Shown one piece after another: positions 1 through 13,408 of a DNA stretch of 64,000 nt (positions are counted from its first letter, which is position 1; each line of letters opens with the position of its first letter). The DNA comes from an uncultured Gammaproteobacteria bacterium. GTDB lineage: Bacteria > Pseudomonadota > Gammaproteobacteria > Eutrophobiales > Eutrophobiaceae. The translations under genes were made by a program, and so were the position numbers. The notes beneath the pieces were generated by a model. That model worked only from the letters and a program-made list of their open reading frames with translations, was not told the origin of the DNA and did not search any database. The stretch is from NCBI GenBank assembly GCA_943788815.1, contig CALSRS010000002.1:573766-637765 (forward strand), in the 5' to 3' direction.

Positions 1-142
1 AAATGTTTCGAATCTTGGAAACTGGTATCAAACTTACGCCAAGTTACTTAAAATAACGCTATTTACTCCTTGAGAATTCTAGCTAAATAAGGACAATTGA
101 CAACCTCGAAAATATGTATCGTGGGTTCACCAGATTAAGAAT

Positions 143-3004
143 ATGCAAAAAAAATTATCTTCCTATTTATATAGCACAAATGCGGATTTTATAGAAAGTC
201 TGTATGAGTCTTATCTTACTAACTCAAATTCAGTACCAGCTGAGTGGCGAAAGCTATTTGAATCATTTAATGATAATGAATCAAATTCAACTAATGAAAG
301 AAGGCACTCAGAAGTTCGCCAGCATTTTCTAAAGAACGCAGGCAGCAGAACAAATCAAGGTGCTGTAATCAGCCATGAGACTTCTGATGATAATCAAAAA
401 CAGGTTTCTGTATTACAGCTGATTAATGCGCATCGGTTCCGAGGTCATCAACAGGCTAATCTAGACCCATTAAATCAATATGATCGCCCACCTGTTCCAG
501 AACTGGATCCTGCCTTTCATAACCTGAATGAAGCAGATTTTGATAAGACATTTAATACAGGTTCTCTTTTTGTAACTAATGAAATGCCACTTAAGGACAT
601 TTTAAGCATCATCCGTAAAACTTATTGCGGGAATATTGGTGCAGAATATATGCACATAAATGAAACTGAACAAAAACGCTGGATTCAGCAACGCCTTGAA
701 GAGGTTATGTCAACTCCAGATTTTTCCATCGAGAAACGTAAGCGTATCCTCAATAGAGTTATCGCTGCCAACGCCCTGGAAGAATACTTACATACTAAAT
801 ATGCCGGTCAAAAGCGTTTCTCACTGGAAGGTGGTGAAGGCTTGATACCTTTGCTGGATGAAATTGTACAAAATGGTTCACAGTCATCTGTTGAAGAAGT
901 AGTTATAGGAATGGCCCACCGGGGAAGGCTGAACGTATTGATTAATATCATTGGAAAAATGCCCGGTGAGTTGTTTGGAGAATTTGAAGGCAAAATTTCA
1001 GATGATATTAATATCGATGATGTTCAATCGGGTGATGTTAAATATCACCTTGGGTACTCATCAGACATAGAAACTCAAGGTGGACCAGTACACCTGACAC
1101 TGGCATTTAATCCTTCACACCTGGAAATTATTGATCCGGTAGTTGAAGGGTCGGTGAGAGCAAGACAGGACCGCCGAGATGATAAATCCCGTGACCAGGT
1201 GCTTCCTATATTAATCCATGGTGATGCGGCCTTTGCTGGACAAGGCGTGGTAATGGAAACATTCCAGCTCTCTCAGACACGAGGTTATTCGACCGGAGGA
1301 ACAGTCCATATTATTGTTAATAATCAGATTGGATTTACCACCAGTGATCCTCTTGATTCTCGCTCGACATTATATTGCACTGACGTTGCAAAACTGGTCC
1401 AGGCACCAATCTTTCACGTTAATGGAGATGATCCTGAAGCCGTAGTTTTCATTGCAAAACTCGCACTGGATTTTCGAATGGTGTTTAAGAAAGACGTCAT
1501 TATTGACATGGTATGTTATCGAAAGCATGGACATAGTGAAGCTGATGAACCTGCTGCAACACAACCGGTAATGTACAGAAAAATCAGAAGTCATCCGAAT
1601 CTCAAACAAATATATTCTAAAAAAATGATTGATGCAGGGATAGTATCTGAAAGCGATATCCAGGAAATCTCCAATCATTACATAAAATCACTGGATACAA
1701 ATGAGTCTGTTGCAGGTCCCAGAGCAACTAACATCAACATGACACATTTAATAAATTTTGCGCCTTATAAGGACACCACCTGGCGTGACGACTCTCCAAC
1801 GAGTCTTTCAGTTGAACAGGTAAAGAAATATGCAACCGCGATTACTGAGATACCCGATAATTTTAAGCTACATCCCACAGTTACAAAAATAATTGAAAAT
1901 AGAAAAAAAATGGGTACGGGAGAACTTCCCATGGACTGGGGATTTGCAGAAACAATGGCCTATGCCTCACTGGTAGATCATGGTCACCCAGTTAGACTCT
2001 CGGGTCAGGACAGCGGGCGTGGGACTTTTTTCCATCGTCATGCGGTAATTCATAATCAGGACGATGGTGATACTTATTTGCCCTTACAACACATAAGTGA
2101 TGACCAGGCTACATTTCTAGTAATCAATTCCATACTCTCTGAAGAAGCAGTATTGGCATTTGAGTACGGATATAGCAGTTCTGACCCTCATACTCTGGTG
2201 ATATGGGAAGCCCAGTTTGGTGATTTTGCTAATGGTGCACAGGTCGTATTTGACCAGTTTATTAGCTCCTGTGAGGCAAAATGGGGGCGATACTGCGGTG
2301 TGACAGTAATGCTACCCCATGGTTATGATGGTGCTGGTCCAGAGCACTCCTCTGCAAGACTGGAAAGATTTTTACAATTATGTGCACGAGAAAATTTACA
2401 GGTATGCGTACCTAGTACACCTGCCCAGATGTTTCATATGTTAAGAAGACAGGTCATAAGGCCATACCGTAAACCCTTGATCATTATGAGTCCAAAGAGT
2501 CTTTTACGTCACAAGTTATCTACCTCACATATTGATGAACTGGTAAACAGCGAATTTCAATTGGTAATCGATGAAATAGATCAAATAGACAAAAACAATG
2601 TTACCAGGCTGCTATTTTGTGCTGGCAAGGTATATTTCGATCTACTGGAAGAGCGACGGGCGAATAAAATTACTAATGTTGCAATTACAAGAATCGAACA
2701 GTTATTCCCATTTCCATCAGCCGAAGTGACCGCAATAATAAATAGTTATCCCAAGCTACAAGAAGTTGTTTGGGTTCAAGAAGAACCTAAAAACCAGGGG
2801 TCCTGGTATTACATGCAATCAAGGGGAACGATGATTGGATGCTTAAACGAAAACCTTACATTTGGATATGCGGGTAGATTTTATTCAGCATCACCCGCAA
2901 CTGGCTCAATGAAACTGCACATTGCCCAGCAAAAACAATTAGTAGAAGATGCGCTGCAGTTGGGTAAACTTGAAGTGACAACCCATAAAAGAGCGTTGAA
3001 TTAA
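143..3004 (+). CDS. sucA: 2-oxoglutarate dehydrogenase E1 component
   Basis: 953 aa; KRFSLEGGE, GMAHRGRLN, SGDVKYHLG, HGDAAFAGQG TPP motif, GPEHSSARLERFLQ; followed by sucB and lpdA. Confidence 0.98.
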   Translation: MQKKLSSYLYSTNADFIESLYESYLTNSNSVPAEWRKLFESFNDNESNSTNERRHSEVRQHFLKNAGSRTNQGAVISHETSDDNQKQVSVLQLINAHRFRGHQQANLDPLNQYDRPPVPELDPAFHNLNEADFDKTFNTGSLFVTNEMPLKDILSIIRKTYCGNIGAEYMHINETEQKRWIQQRLEEVMSTPDFSIEKRKRILNRVIAANALEEYLHTKYAGQKRFSLEGGEGLIPLLDEIVQNGSQSSVEEVVIGMAHRGRLNVLINIIGKMPGELFGEFEGKISDDINIDDVQSGDVKYHLGYSSDIETQGGPVHLTLAFNPSHLEIIDPVVEGSVRARQDRRDDKSRDQVLPILIHGDAAFAGQGVVMETFQLSQTRGYSTGGTVHIIVNNQIGFTTSDPLDSRSTLYCTDVAKLVQAPIFHVNGDDPEAVVFIAKLALDFRMVFKKDVIIDMVCYRKHGHSEADEPAATQPVMYRKIRSHPNLKQIYSKKMIDAGIVSESDIQEISNHYIKSLDTNESVAGPRATNINMTHLINFAPYKDTTWRDDSPTSLSVEQVKKYATAITEIPDNFKLHPTVTKIIENRKKMGTGELPMDWGFAETMAYASLVDHGHPVRLSGQDSGRGTFFHRHAVIHNQDDGDTYLPLQHISDDQATFLVINSILSEEAVLAFEYGYSSSDPHTLVIWEAQFGDFANGAQVVFDQFISSCEAKWGRYCGVTVMLPHGYDGAGPEHSSARLERFLQLCARENLQVCVPSTPAQMFHMLRRQVIRPYRKPLIIMSPKSLLRHKLSTSHIDELVNSEFQLVIDEIDQIDKNNVTRLLFCAGKVYFDLLEERRANKITNVAITRIEQLFPFPSAEVTAIINSYPKLQEVVWVQEEPKNQGSWYYMQSRGTMIGCLNENLTFGYAGRFYSASPATGSMKLHIAQQKQLVEDALQLGKLEVTTHKRALN

Positions 3005-3032
3005 TTTCAATATTCCCTGAGGAGATAGTTAC

Positions 3033-5764
<2,732 letters not shown>

Positions 5765-5862
5765 CTCCCCTACCATAATAATTCTTTATATTTCAATAAG
5801 TTAATTTTTTTCCTCCTGCATTTTGCCAGGATTATGAATTGCTTTTCACAGCTATCGCTTTT

Positions 5863-5896
5863 TGCTACTATGCAACATAATTTGTGCAGTGCAGCG
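5863..5896 (+). promoter_or_regulatory. putative PhaR operator (TGC-rich boxes) upstream of phaA
   Basis: TGCAGTGCAGCG at 5885-5896 and CTATGCAACA at 5868-5877 resemble TGC-N3-GCA PhaR boxes; phaR is in the same cluster. Confidence 0.45.
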
Positions 5897-5948
5897 AGAA
5901 TATCATCTCTCTGATAATTCTAAATTTTGACTTAAGCGAGGAATAAAT

Positions 5949-7130
5949 ATGACAGACAACGTGGTTATCGTTGACGCTGCAAGAACCCCTATCGGGACAT
6001 TCAGTGGCACATTATCATCCGTACTGGCATCAGATCTTGGTGCGGCAGTGATAAAAGGCCTACTGGATCGCACAGGTATTGATTCAGAAAAAATTGATGA
6101 AATTATCATGGGACAGGTATTAACCGGGGGCTGTGGTCAAAATCCAGCACGTCAGGCTTCAATTAAAGCCGGATTACCTGATTCAGTGTCTAGTATGACT
6201 ATCAATAAAGTATGTGGCAGCGGCTTAAAAGCCACACACCTTGCTGCACAAGCAATCAAATGTGGCGATGCTAAAATTATCATCGCAGGTGGACAGGAAA
6301 ATATGAACCTCGCGCCACATGTTTTACCGAATTCGCGTACCGGAAATAGAATGGGTGACTGGAAATTACTCGACTCCATGATTGTCGATGGGCTTTGGGA
6401 TGCGTTCAATAATTATCACATGGGTGTCACTGCAGAAAATATTGCTAAAAAGTTTAAAATTAGCAGGGAAGAACAGGATGAATTCTCAGCTAGCTCACAA
6501 CAGAAAACTGAAGCTGCTCAATCGAAAGATATTTTCAATGATGAAATAATTCCAATTAGTATTCCTCAGCGAAAAGGTGAGCCGATAATATTTGATCGGG
6601 ATGAATTTCCCAGAGCTGGCGTTACAGCTGAAAGTCTCGGCAAACTCCGACCAGCATTTGATAAAGAAGGATCTGTTACAGCCGGTAATGCATCGGGAAT
6701 TAATGACGGCGCAGCTGCTGTGATTATCATGTCTGAAAGTACTGCAAATGAATTGGGGCTTGAACCACTTGCCATGATTAAGGCTTATTCAAGTGCAGGA
6801 GTATCACCAGAAATAATGGGTACAGGACCTATACCAGCAACTAGACTTTGCCTGGAAAAAGCTGGATGGACTGTGGATGATCTGGACCTGATTGAAGCCA
6901 ATGAAGCGTTTGCAGCTCAGGCCATTGCCGTTAACAGAGAGTTAGGATGGGACCTTAGTAAAGTAAATGTCAACGGCGGCGCAATTTCACTTGGCCACCC
7001 AATTGGTGCATCAGGATGTCGAATTCTCGTAACTCTATTACACGAGATGAAACGGAGAGATGCCCATAAAGGTCTCGCGACTTTATGCATAGGTGGCGGA
7101 CAAGGTGTTGCTTTGGCGATTGAGCGATAA
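5949..7130 (+). CDS. phaA: acetyl-CoA C-acetyltransferase (beta-ketothiolase)
   Basis: [23 protein letters not shown] and LCIGGGQG thiolase motifs; PHA gene context. Confidence 0.93.
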   Translation: MTDNVVIVDAARTPIGTFSGTLSSVLASDLGAAVIKGLLDRTGIDSEKIDEIIMGQVLTGGCGQNPARQASIKAGLPDSVSSMTINKVCGSGLKATHLAAQAIKCGDAKIIIAGGQENMNLAPHVLPNSRTGNRMGDWKLLDSMIVDGLWDAFNNYHMGVTAENIAKKFKISREEQDEFSASSQQKTEAAQSKDIFNDEIIPISIPQRKGEPIIFDRDEFPRAGVTAESLGKLRPAFDKEGSVTAGNASGINDGAAAVIIMSESTANELGLEPLAMIKAYSSAGVSPEIMGTGPIPATRLCLEKAGWTVDDLDLIEANEAFAAQAIAVNRELGWDLSKVNVNGGAISLGHPIGASGCRILVTLLHEMKRRDAHKGLATLCIGGGQGVALAIER

Positions 7131-7131
7131 T

Positions 7132-7851
7132 ATGAAAATAGATTTAAATAATAGAATCGCCCTGGTAATTAGTGGAACTAGTAAACTAGGAACGGCAATT
7201 TGCAAACAACTTTCTGAATCAGGCGCCCAAGTAATTACTAATTATCAGTCAGAGGACATCCATGAATGGCAAAATATACTCTCCAAATCTGATTTAAATA
7301 TTACAGCAATAAAATCAGACATAACTGACTTTGATGAATGTGTAAAACTAGTTGATAAAATAGAAAAAGATTTTGGTCCTATTGATATCATCGTTAACAG
7401 CAATGAACTGAACAATTCACTAGTTCCATTCAATGAGATGGACATAGAACAGTGGAATGATGCGATTACCGGAAATATTGATATATTGTTTAACGTCTGC
7501 AGGAATGTTGCTGAACGGATGTGTAATAGAGGCTTTGGCAGAATTATTAATATTTCATCTATCATAAGTAGAATGGGGGCGCCTGAAAGGTCACATGTGG
7601 CAGCAGCAAATTCTGGTATTCACGGTTTTTCCATGGCTCTGTCACAGGAAGTTGGGAAAAAGGGAGTCACGGTAAATACAGTTTCACCAGGATTGTTGAA
7701 TCAAAGTATTAATACACCTACTAAAGCTATTCCAGACAATCAAAATAAAGAAAATGAAGTTGCCTATCTAGTAGATTTTCTTTGCTCCGATCTGGCTGGG
7801 CACATTAATGGTGCAGATATTTCTATTAATGGTGGGGAATACTTACATTAA
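7132..7851 (+). CDS. PhaB-like short-chain dehydrogenase paralog with degenerate catalytic motifs (probable pseudo-enzyme)
   Basis: SDR-like fold (GRIINISS, GVTVNTVSPG, INGGEYL), but TGxxxGIG reads SGTSKLG, NNAG reads NSNE and YxxxK reads VAAAN; ATG 7132 lies 1 nt after the phaA stop. Confidence 0.8.
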   Translation: MKIDLNNRIALVISGTSKLGTAICKQLSESGAQVITNYQSEDIHEWQNILSKSDLNITAIKSDITDFDECVKLVDKIEKDFGPIDIIVNSNELNNSLVPFNEMDIEQWNDAITGNIDILFNVCRNVAERMCNRGFGRIINISSIISRMGAPERSHVAAANSGIHGFSMALSQEVGKKGVTVNTVSPGLLNQSINTPTKAIPDNQNKENEVAYLVDFLCSDLAGHINGADISINGGEYLH

Positions 7852-7869
7852 CGAATTCAGGTAATTACT

Positions 7870-8328
7870 ATGAGAATTATAAAAAAATATCCTAACAGGC
7901 GATTGTATGATACTGAGGTTAGCAAATACATAACGCTGGAAGATGTTAAAAATCTTGTCCTTGATGGAACATCCTTCATTGTAAAAGACGTTAAATCCGA
8001 AGAAGATCTAACTCGAAGTATATTATTACAAATTATTTCTGAGCAGGAACACAATGGGGAGCCCCTGCTATGTACAGAATCATTGACACAATTAATTCGA
8101 TTTTATGGAAATGCATACCAATCTGTTTTTTCAGACTACCTTGAACAATCTCTCAATATATTTACCACTCAACATAAAGACTTTCAAGACCGAATAAATG
8201 ATGCTGTATCAACAACACCTCTGGATACGATGCAAAAGATGACTGATAAAAATCTTGAAATGTGGCAGCAAATACAAAAAGATTTTTTTAAAGCAGCAGG
8301 ATTTAATGCTAAGAAGGGTGATGAGTAA
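7870..8328 (+). CDS. phaR: polyhydroxyalkanoate synthesis repressor
   Basis: Signature N-terminus RIIKKYPNRRLYDTE.S.YITL, EDLTRSILLQII, LTQLIRFYG. Confidence 0.95.
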   Translation: MRIIKKYPNRRLYDTEVSKYITLEDVKNLVLDGTSFIVKDVKSEEDLTRSILLQIISEQEHNGEPLLCTESLTQLIRFYGNAYQSVFSDYLEQSLNIFTTQHKDFQDRINDAVSTTPLDTMQKMTDKNLEMWQQIQKDFFKAAGFNAKKGDE

Positions 8329-8383
8329 CGTCCTTATAACAATTTCTTAAAAATACTAATATTAATTCAGGTATATCCCACAA

Positions 8384-9325
8384 ATGATCATAGATAAAAT
8401 AATAGATAATCAGGTTACAGCAGTTAAACATTGGCAAGATACCTGTGATAATTTTATACATTCGTTTAATACCTTTTTTGACTCATCAAGTGCAATATTT
8501 AACAATTATTACAAGCTTGATCCGGTAATATCTGGTACTGCCAAAAGTAGTACATCACAGTCCTCAAGACACCATAAACAAATAAAATTAAAGACCGCCA
8601 TTATTACAGGGGGAATTGGAGGAATTGGTACAGCAATATGTAAACGACTGTCATCTGATGGAAACCGGGTTATCTCTACATATATATCTAGCGAAAAAAC
8701 TAAGGCAATGGCGTGGAAAAAGGAACTTGAACAAGATGGTTACGATGTGGAAGTTTACGAATGTGACGTATCAGACTATCAATCATGTCAAAAATTTGCA
8801 GCTCTAATCGAAGATAAATATGATCATATTGACGTTCTGGTCAATGCAGCAGGTATTACAAGAGATTCGCAATTAAAAAAAATGGATAAGGAAAACTGGG
8901 ATGCTGTGTTAGACACAAATCTAGACAGTGTCTTTAACATTACACGGTCTTTTATTAATGGAATGCTTAAAAATGGCTATGGTCGAATAATTAATATTTC
9001 ATCTGTCAATGGACAAAAAGGCCAGTTTGGACAAACTAATTATTCCACAGCAAAAGCAGGAATGATTGGATTTACAAGATCATTGGCCCTTGAAATGGCT
9101 GAAAAGGGAATAACAGTTAATTGCGTATGTCCGGGATATGTGGGAACGCCCATGGTGGAGGCTATCCGCGAAGATATACTTGATGGAATTGTCCAGCAAA
9201 TCCCAATGAAAAGATTAGCCAAGGTAGAAGAAATTGCGGATGCTGTTGCCTTTCTTGCAGATAGCAATAGTGCGTATATTACAGGCACGGAAATCGCGGT
9301 AAATGGCGGCTTATGGATGGGATAG
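8384..9325 (+). CDS. phaB: acetoacetyl-CoA reductase with ~68-aa N-terminal extension
   Basis: TGGIGGIG, NAAGITRD, SSVNGQKGQFGQTNYSTAKAG (intact YxxxK), VNGGLWM. Confidence 0.92.
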   Translation: MIIDKIIDNQVTAVKHWQDTCDNFIHSFNTFFDSSSAIFNNYYKLDPVISGTAKSSTSQSSRHHKQIKLKTAIITGGIGGIGTAICKRLSSDGNRVISTYISSEKTKAMAWKKELEQDGYDVEVYECDVSDYQSCQKFAALIEDKYDHIDVLVNAAGITRDSQLKKMDKENWDAVLDTNLDSVFNITRSFINGMLKNGYGRIINISSVNGQKGQFGQTNYSTAKAGMIGFTRSLALEMAEKGITVNCVCPGYVGTPMVEAIREDILDGIVQQIPMKRLAKVEEIADAVAFLADSNSAYITGTEIAVNGGLWMG

Positions 9326-9350
9326 TAGAATAGTTATTAGTTTGACCTAC

Positions 9351-10868
9351 TTATACGCCATTGGACAAATCCAGAATCATCTCATCATTCATTTCACGAT
9401 TAGATTTTGCTTCATCATTTCTTAAAATTGATATTTGTGTTAAATAATCATCACTAATATCACCTGTTACGTATTTTCCGGTAAAACATGAAGCGTCGAA
9501 TTCTTTTATTTCTGGATTTCCTGCCCTGCACGCATCTATTAAGTCATCGATATCCTGGTAAATTAGCCAGTCTGCACCAATAAGATCACATATCTCCTGT
9601 TCAGAGCGATTATATGCAACCAGCTCCTCAGAGGTAGGTATATCTATTCCATAAACATTTGGAAACCGCACTGGTGGAGCCGCTGAAGCAAAATAAACTT
9701 TCTTTGCCCCCGCTTCTCTTGCCATTTGAATTATCTCTCCTGACGTGGTTCCACGCACTATGGAATCATCAACAAGCAAAACAACCTTATCTTTAAACTC
9801 AAGGTCTATGGCATTCAATTTCTGGCGCACAGATTTTTTTCGAATACTTTGGCCAGGCATTATAAAAGTCCTGGGGATATATCGGTTTTTAATAAACCCT
9901 TCACGGTACTTTACGCCAAGTTCATGGGCGATAGAAAGAGATGCTGTCCTACCAGTATCTGGAATGGGTATGACTACATCTATATCATGATCTGGTCTAG
10001 TCCTGAGTATTTTTTGTGCTAATGATTCACCCATCCTCAATCTTGCCTTGTAGACTGATATTTTATCCATGATGGAATCCGGACGTGCAAAATATACATA
10101 CTCAAAGATACACGGCGATAATTTAATATCTTGCGCACATTGTTTTGCAACGAAATCACCATTTGAACTAATGAAGACAGCCTCACCAGGGTCGATATCC
10201 CTGACCAAGGTGTAATCCAAGGCTTCGATTGCTACCCCTTCTGATGAAATAATATATTCTGTACCCTTATCAGTCATTTTTTCGCCAAATGCTATGGGTC
10301 TAATCCCATAAGGGTCCCTGAAACCAACGATACCTACCCCAATTATCATAACAACTGCGGCATAACCACCTTTACATCGTTGATGCACCTTACTTATCGC
10401 TGCGAAAATATCTTCCGCCGTTAACTCACTTCGTTTTTTTCCAAACTTCTGTAATTCAAAGGCAAATATATTTAATAATACTTCTGAATCTGAACCCGTA
10501 TTTAAATGTCTACGGTCAAGATTCATGAGATCTCTTTTCAACTGGTCACTGTTTGTTAAATTTCCATTATGAGCAAGCGTAATTCCATAAGGAGAATTAA
10601 CGTAAAACGGTTGTGCTTCTGCGGAGGACGAACAGCCCGCTGTGGGATATCTTACGTGACCAATACCCATATTACCTTTCAGGTTAAGCATGTGCCGGGT
10701 TTGAAACACATCTCTGACTAGCCCATTATTTTTTCGAAGATAAAGGCGTTCATTATCACAGGTTACTATTCCTGCAGCGTCCTGCCCTCGATGCTGGATA
10801 ATAGTTAACCCATCATACAATGTCTGATTAACAACACTTTTACTTACGACACCAATTATTCCGCACAT
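9351..10868 (-). CDS. purF: amidophosphoribosyltransferase
   Basis: N-terminal [37 protein letters not shown] motif. Confidence 0.98.
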   Translation of the reverse strand: MCGIIGVVSKSVVNQTLYDGLTIIQHRGQDAAGIVTCDNERLYLRKNNGLVRDVFQTRHMLNLKGNMGIGHVRYPTAGCSSSAEAQPFYVNSPYGITLAHNGNLTNSDQLKRDLMNLDRRHLNTGSDSEVLLNIFAFELQKFGKKRSELTAEDIFAAISKVHQRCKGGYAAVVMIIGVGIVGFRDPYGIRPIAFGEKMTDKGTEYIISSEGVAIEALDYTLVRDIDPGEAVFISSNGDFVAKQCAQDIKLSPCIFEYVYFARPDSIMDKISVYKARLRMGESLAQKILRTRPDHDIDVVIPIPDTGRTASLSIAHELGVKYREGFIKNRYIPRTFIMPGQSIRKKSVRQKLNAIDLEFKDKVVLLVDDSIVRGTTSGEIIQMAREAGAKKVYFASAAPPVRFPNVYGIDIPTSEELVAYNRSEQEICDLIGADWLIYQDIDDLIDACRAGNPEIKEFDASCFTGKYVTGDISDDYLTQISILRNDEAKSNREMNDEMILDLSNGV

Positions 10869-11381
10869 TTAATTTCCTGTTTCATTTTCGGTTCCATAAT
10901 GATGATAACTTGCCATTGTTTCTGGAATATATTGCCTGCTCCACTCCCCTATACGCTCAAACGGTGCTACGACAAGTGACGACTTCCACCAATCTGTTCG
11001 GGTAAGTTCGGTAAATCCAGCCAGGAATATCAACACGGATACTATCGCTCCTCCCAGTCCTAGCCCAAATATTGAACCTAAAATACGGTCAGCTGCGGTC
11101 AATCCGGATCTACCCAGTAATTTAACCACAAAATAACCCAGAGCGGAAAAAATAATCTGACAAATGAAAAAAATACCGAAAAAAGCGATAGCCTGTCTAA
11201 AAACCTCAGTATCAATATAAGTAGCGAGCATCGGTGCTAGTGCCCCACTAAATTTAACCGCCAGTCCAAATGCGATTCCCCAGGCAACAAGAGAAAGAAC
11301 AATGTTTAAAAACCCGTAAATTACGCCCACCAGAGCCGGAATTAGCAAGGATAACAAGATTCCTATATCAAATATTCCCAA
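10869..11381 (-). CDS. cvpA: CvpA family membrane protein
   Basis: Hydrophobic, DRILGSIFG motif, directly upstream of purF. Confidence 0.9.
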   Translation of the reverse strand: MGIFDIGILLSLLIPALVGVIYGFLNIVLSLVAWGIAFGLAVKFSGALAPMLATYIDTEVFRQAIAFFGIFFICQIIFSALGYFVVKLLGRSGLTAADRILGSIFGLGLGGAIVSVLIFLAGFTELTRTDWWKSSLVVAPFERIGEWSRQYIPETMASYHHYGTENETGN

Positions 11382-11444
11382 TATTTTTCCCTATGAACTA
11401 GCGTTGAAATTATTTCTTAAAAATATATCAAAAAGATGACCCAA

Positions 11445-12065
11445 TTAAGGATAAGACAGAATTATACCTTCAATTCCAGTTTGACTAACAAGGGTCTGCT
11501 GAAGCTTTTCTGCATCCTCCCTGTTTAATTCTGGACCTACTCGTACTCGGAAAACTGACTCCGAATTATCTGTTATTTCATCTATGTATGCCGGATATTT
11601 TTTGACCAATAATTTACTTACAAGACTTTCTGCATTACTCTGCTCAGAGAAACTGCCCAATTGAACAATCCAGGCTGACAATCCCTCAACACTTTTCTGA
11701 ATTATCTTTGTTTCTGTTAGTTCATTAATATCAATGTTGTTCCTTAGATTAGAAGATATTATTACATTTGACTCAGCGGGTGCATTGTCGCTTTCAGGTT
11801 CTTCTGTTGCAGAAATTACTGGCTTAGGCCGCTCTATAAAATTACCTGAATCAACTTGAATAGACGGAAGTTTGTATTCAAGTACGCTTTCCCTTTCTAC
11901 AGGTATTATTCGTGATTGGTATTCTGTATTTTGTTTTGGTGACAATACCGTTCGCACCGTATCTTGGGTTTCAGTGGGGTTATTCAGAACCATAGGTATA
12001 AAGATTACGCCAAATATGACCAGTACCGTTGCGCCTGTTAATCTTTCTTTAAGGTGTCTTTCCAA
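11445..12065 (-). CDS. dedD: SPOR-domain cell division protein DedD
   Basis: LKERLTGA plus TM segment at the N-terminus, C-terminal SPOR (WIVQLGSF...FRVRVGP); between folC and cvpA. Confidence 0.88.
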   Translation of the reverse strand: MERHLKERLTGATVLVIFGVIFIPMVLNNPTETQDTVRTVLSPKQNTEYQSRIIPVERESVLEYKLPSIQVDSGNFIERPKPVISATEEPESDNAPAESNVIISSNLRNNIDINELTETKIIQKSVEGLSAWIVQLGSFSEQSNAESLVSKLLVKKYPAYIDEITDNSESVFRVRVGPELNREDAEKLQQTLVSQTGIEGIILSYP

Positions 12066-12068
12066 TGC

Positions 12069-13376
12069 TTAATACTCAATATTAAAGTACTTCATAGCCA
12101 TTCCGACGGTAATGAATGACCCTGTAATTGATATGATATCTTTCGATGTCGCCACACTATTCGCCCAGGCAAATGCGTCATTTAGTTTATCAAAAACCAT
12201 TACCTGTGTATCTATATCATGAGGATGAATCGCAGATTCTAGCGCTTTTGCGCTAGCACCTCGCTCACCACCCAAGCCTGAAATACACAATATATTTGCG
12301 CATGGAAGTAATTCTGAAATAAAATCTTCGTGACATTTGTCATTTAACATAGCTATTATTAGCAATACTCGCCGATTATGACTCATTTTCATCAGATTAT
12401 TTTTCAGAACCCTGGCTGATTGGCTGTTATGTGCGACATCTAATACCAGAGTAAATTCACCATCAATAAGATGAAACCTACCGGGCATCCTAAAATTTTC
12501 TAATCCATTTACTATAGCCTCTGAGCTAACAGGGAATTTTTCCTGCATCGTTGTTAATGCCATTAAGACTGTTGCCGCATTCTGAATTTGAAAATCCCCA
12601 TTTCCGGGGATGGGAAGCTCCTGATACTGGGTAATACCAGAACACCATGACCAAAACTTATCAGAAACCTCATAATGAAAATCTTTTCCCAACTGTAATA
12701 AGTTAGTTCCAAGAAGTTCCGCCACATTTATGATGGTCGCTGGTGTATTTAGGTCTCCGCATATCGCCGATTGCATAGGACGAAATATTCCAGCCTTTTC
12801 TTTGGCTATTTCTCCTCGGGTCTCTCCTAGCCACTGCTGGTGGTCAATATCAATTGTACTGATAATAGCAATATTCGCGTCCAACATATTAACTGCATCC
12901 AGCCTCCCCCCCATTCCCACTTCCATGATTGCAATATCAATATTATTTTCAGCAAAAATATCCATTGCGGCAAGAGTGCTAAATTCGAAATAGGTTAATG
13001 AAATATCATCACGCGCACGATTGATTTTTGAAAATGCATTACACAGCATTTCATCAGGCAATACCTGGCCGTTGATTTTAATTCTTTCGTTGTAGCTTAA
13101 TAGGTGCGGTGAACTATATAGACCAGTTTTATATCCAGCTTCTCTAAGTATGGTATCTAGAAGAACAGCACATGAACCTTTACCATTTGTGCCTGCAATA
13201 GATATTACAAAATAGCTGGGTGGCAATAACTGCATTTTTTCTGCCACGCGACTGCATCTGTCCAAACCTAGCTCTATGGCTGTGAAATGTAACTTTTCCT
13301 GCCAATTCAGCCATTCTTCGAGAGTTCTCTCATTATGATTCTGGGTATTATTATCGCCCAGATTTGAAATACTCAT
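12069..13376 (-). CDS. folC: bifunctional dihydrofolate/folylpolyglutamate synthase
   Basis: IAGTNGKGS, YSSPHL, EVGMGGRLDAVN, LDVAHN. Confidence 0.96.
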   Translation of the reverse strand: MSISNLGDNNTQNHNERTLEEWLNWQEKLHFTAIELGLDRCSRVAEKMQLLPPSYFVISIAGTNGKGSCAVLLDTILREAGYKTGLYSSPHLLSYNERIKINGQVLPDEMLCNAFSKINRARDDISLTYFEFSTLAAMDIFAENNIDIAIMEVGMGGRLDAVNMLDANIAIISTIDIDHQQWLGETRGEIAKEKAGIFRPMQSAICGDLNTPATIINVAELLGTNLLQLGKDFHYEVSDKFWSWCSGITQYQELPIPGNGDFQIQNAATVLMALTTMQEKFPVSSEAIVNGLENFRMPGRFHLIDGEFTLVLDVAHNSQSARVLKNNLMKMSHNRRVLLIIAMLNDKCHEDFISELLPCANILCISGLGGERGASAKALESAIHPHDIDTQVMVFDKLNDAFAWANSVATSKDIISITGSFITVGMAMKYFNIEY

Positions 13377-13408
13377 TTATAAACAAAATAATAGTTTTGA
13401 AAGTGTCA

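Noticed and set aside
7093-7131. Longer GTG start for the phaB-like gene
   Set aside because: Overlaps the phaA 3' end; ATG 7132 right after the phaA stop matches the SDR N-terminus.
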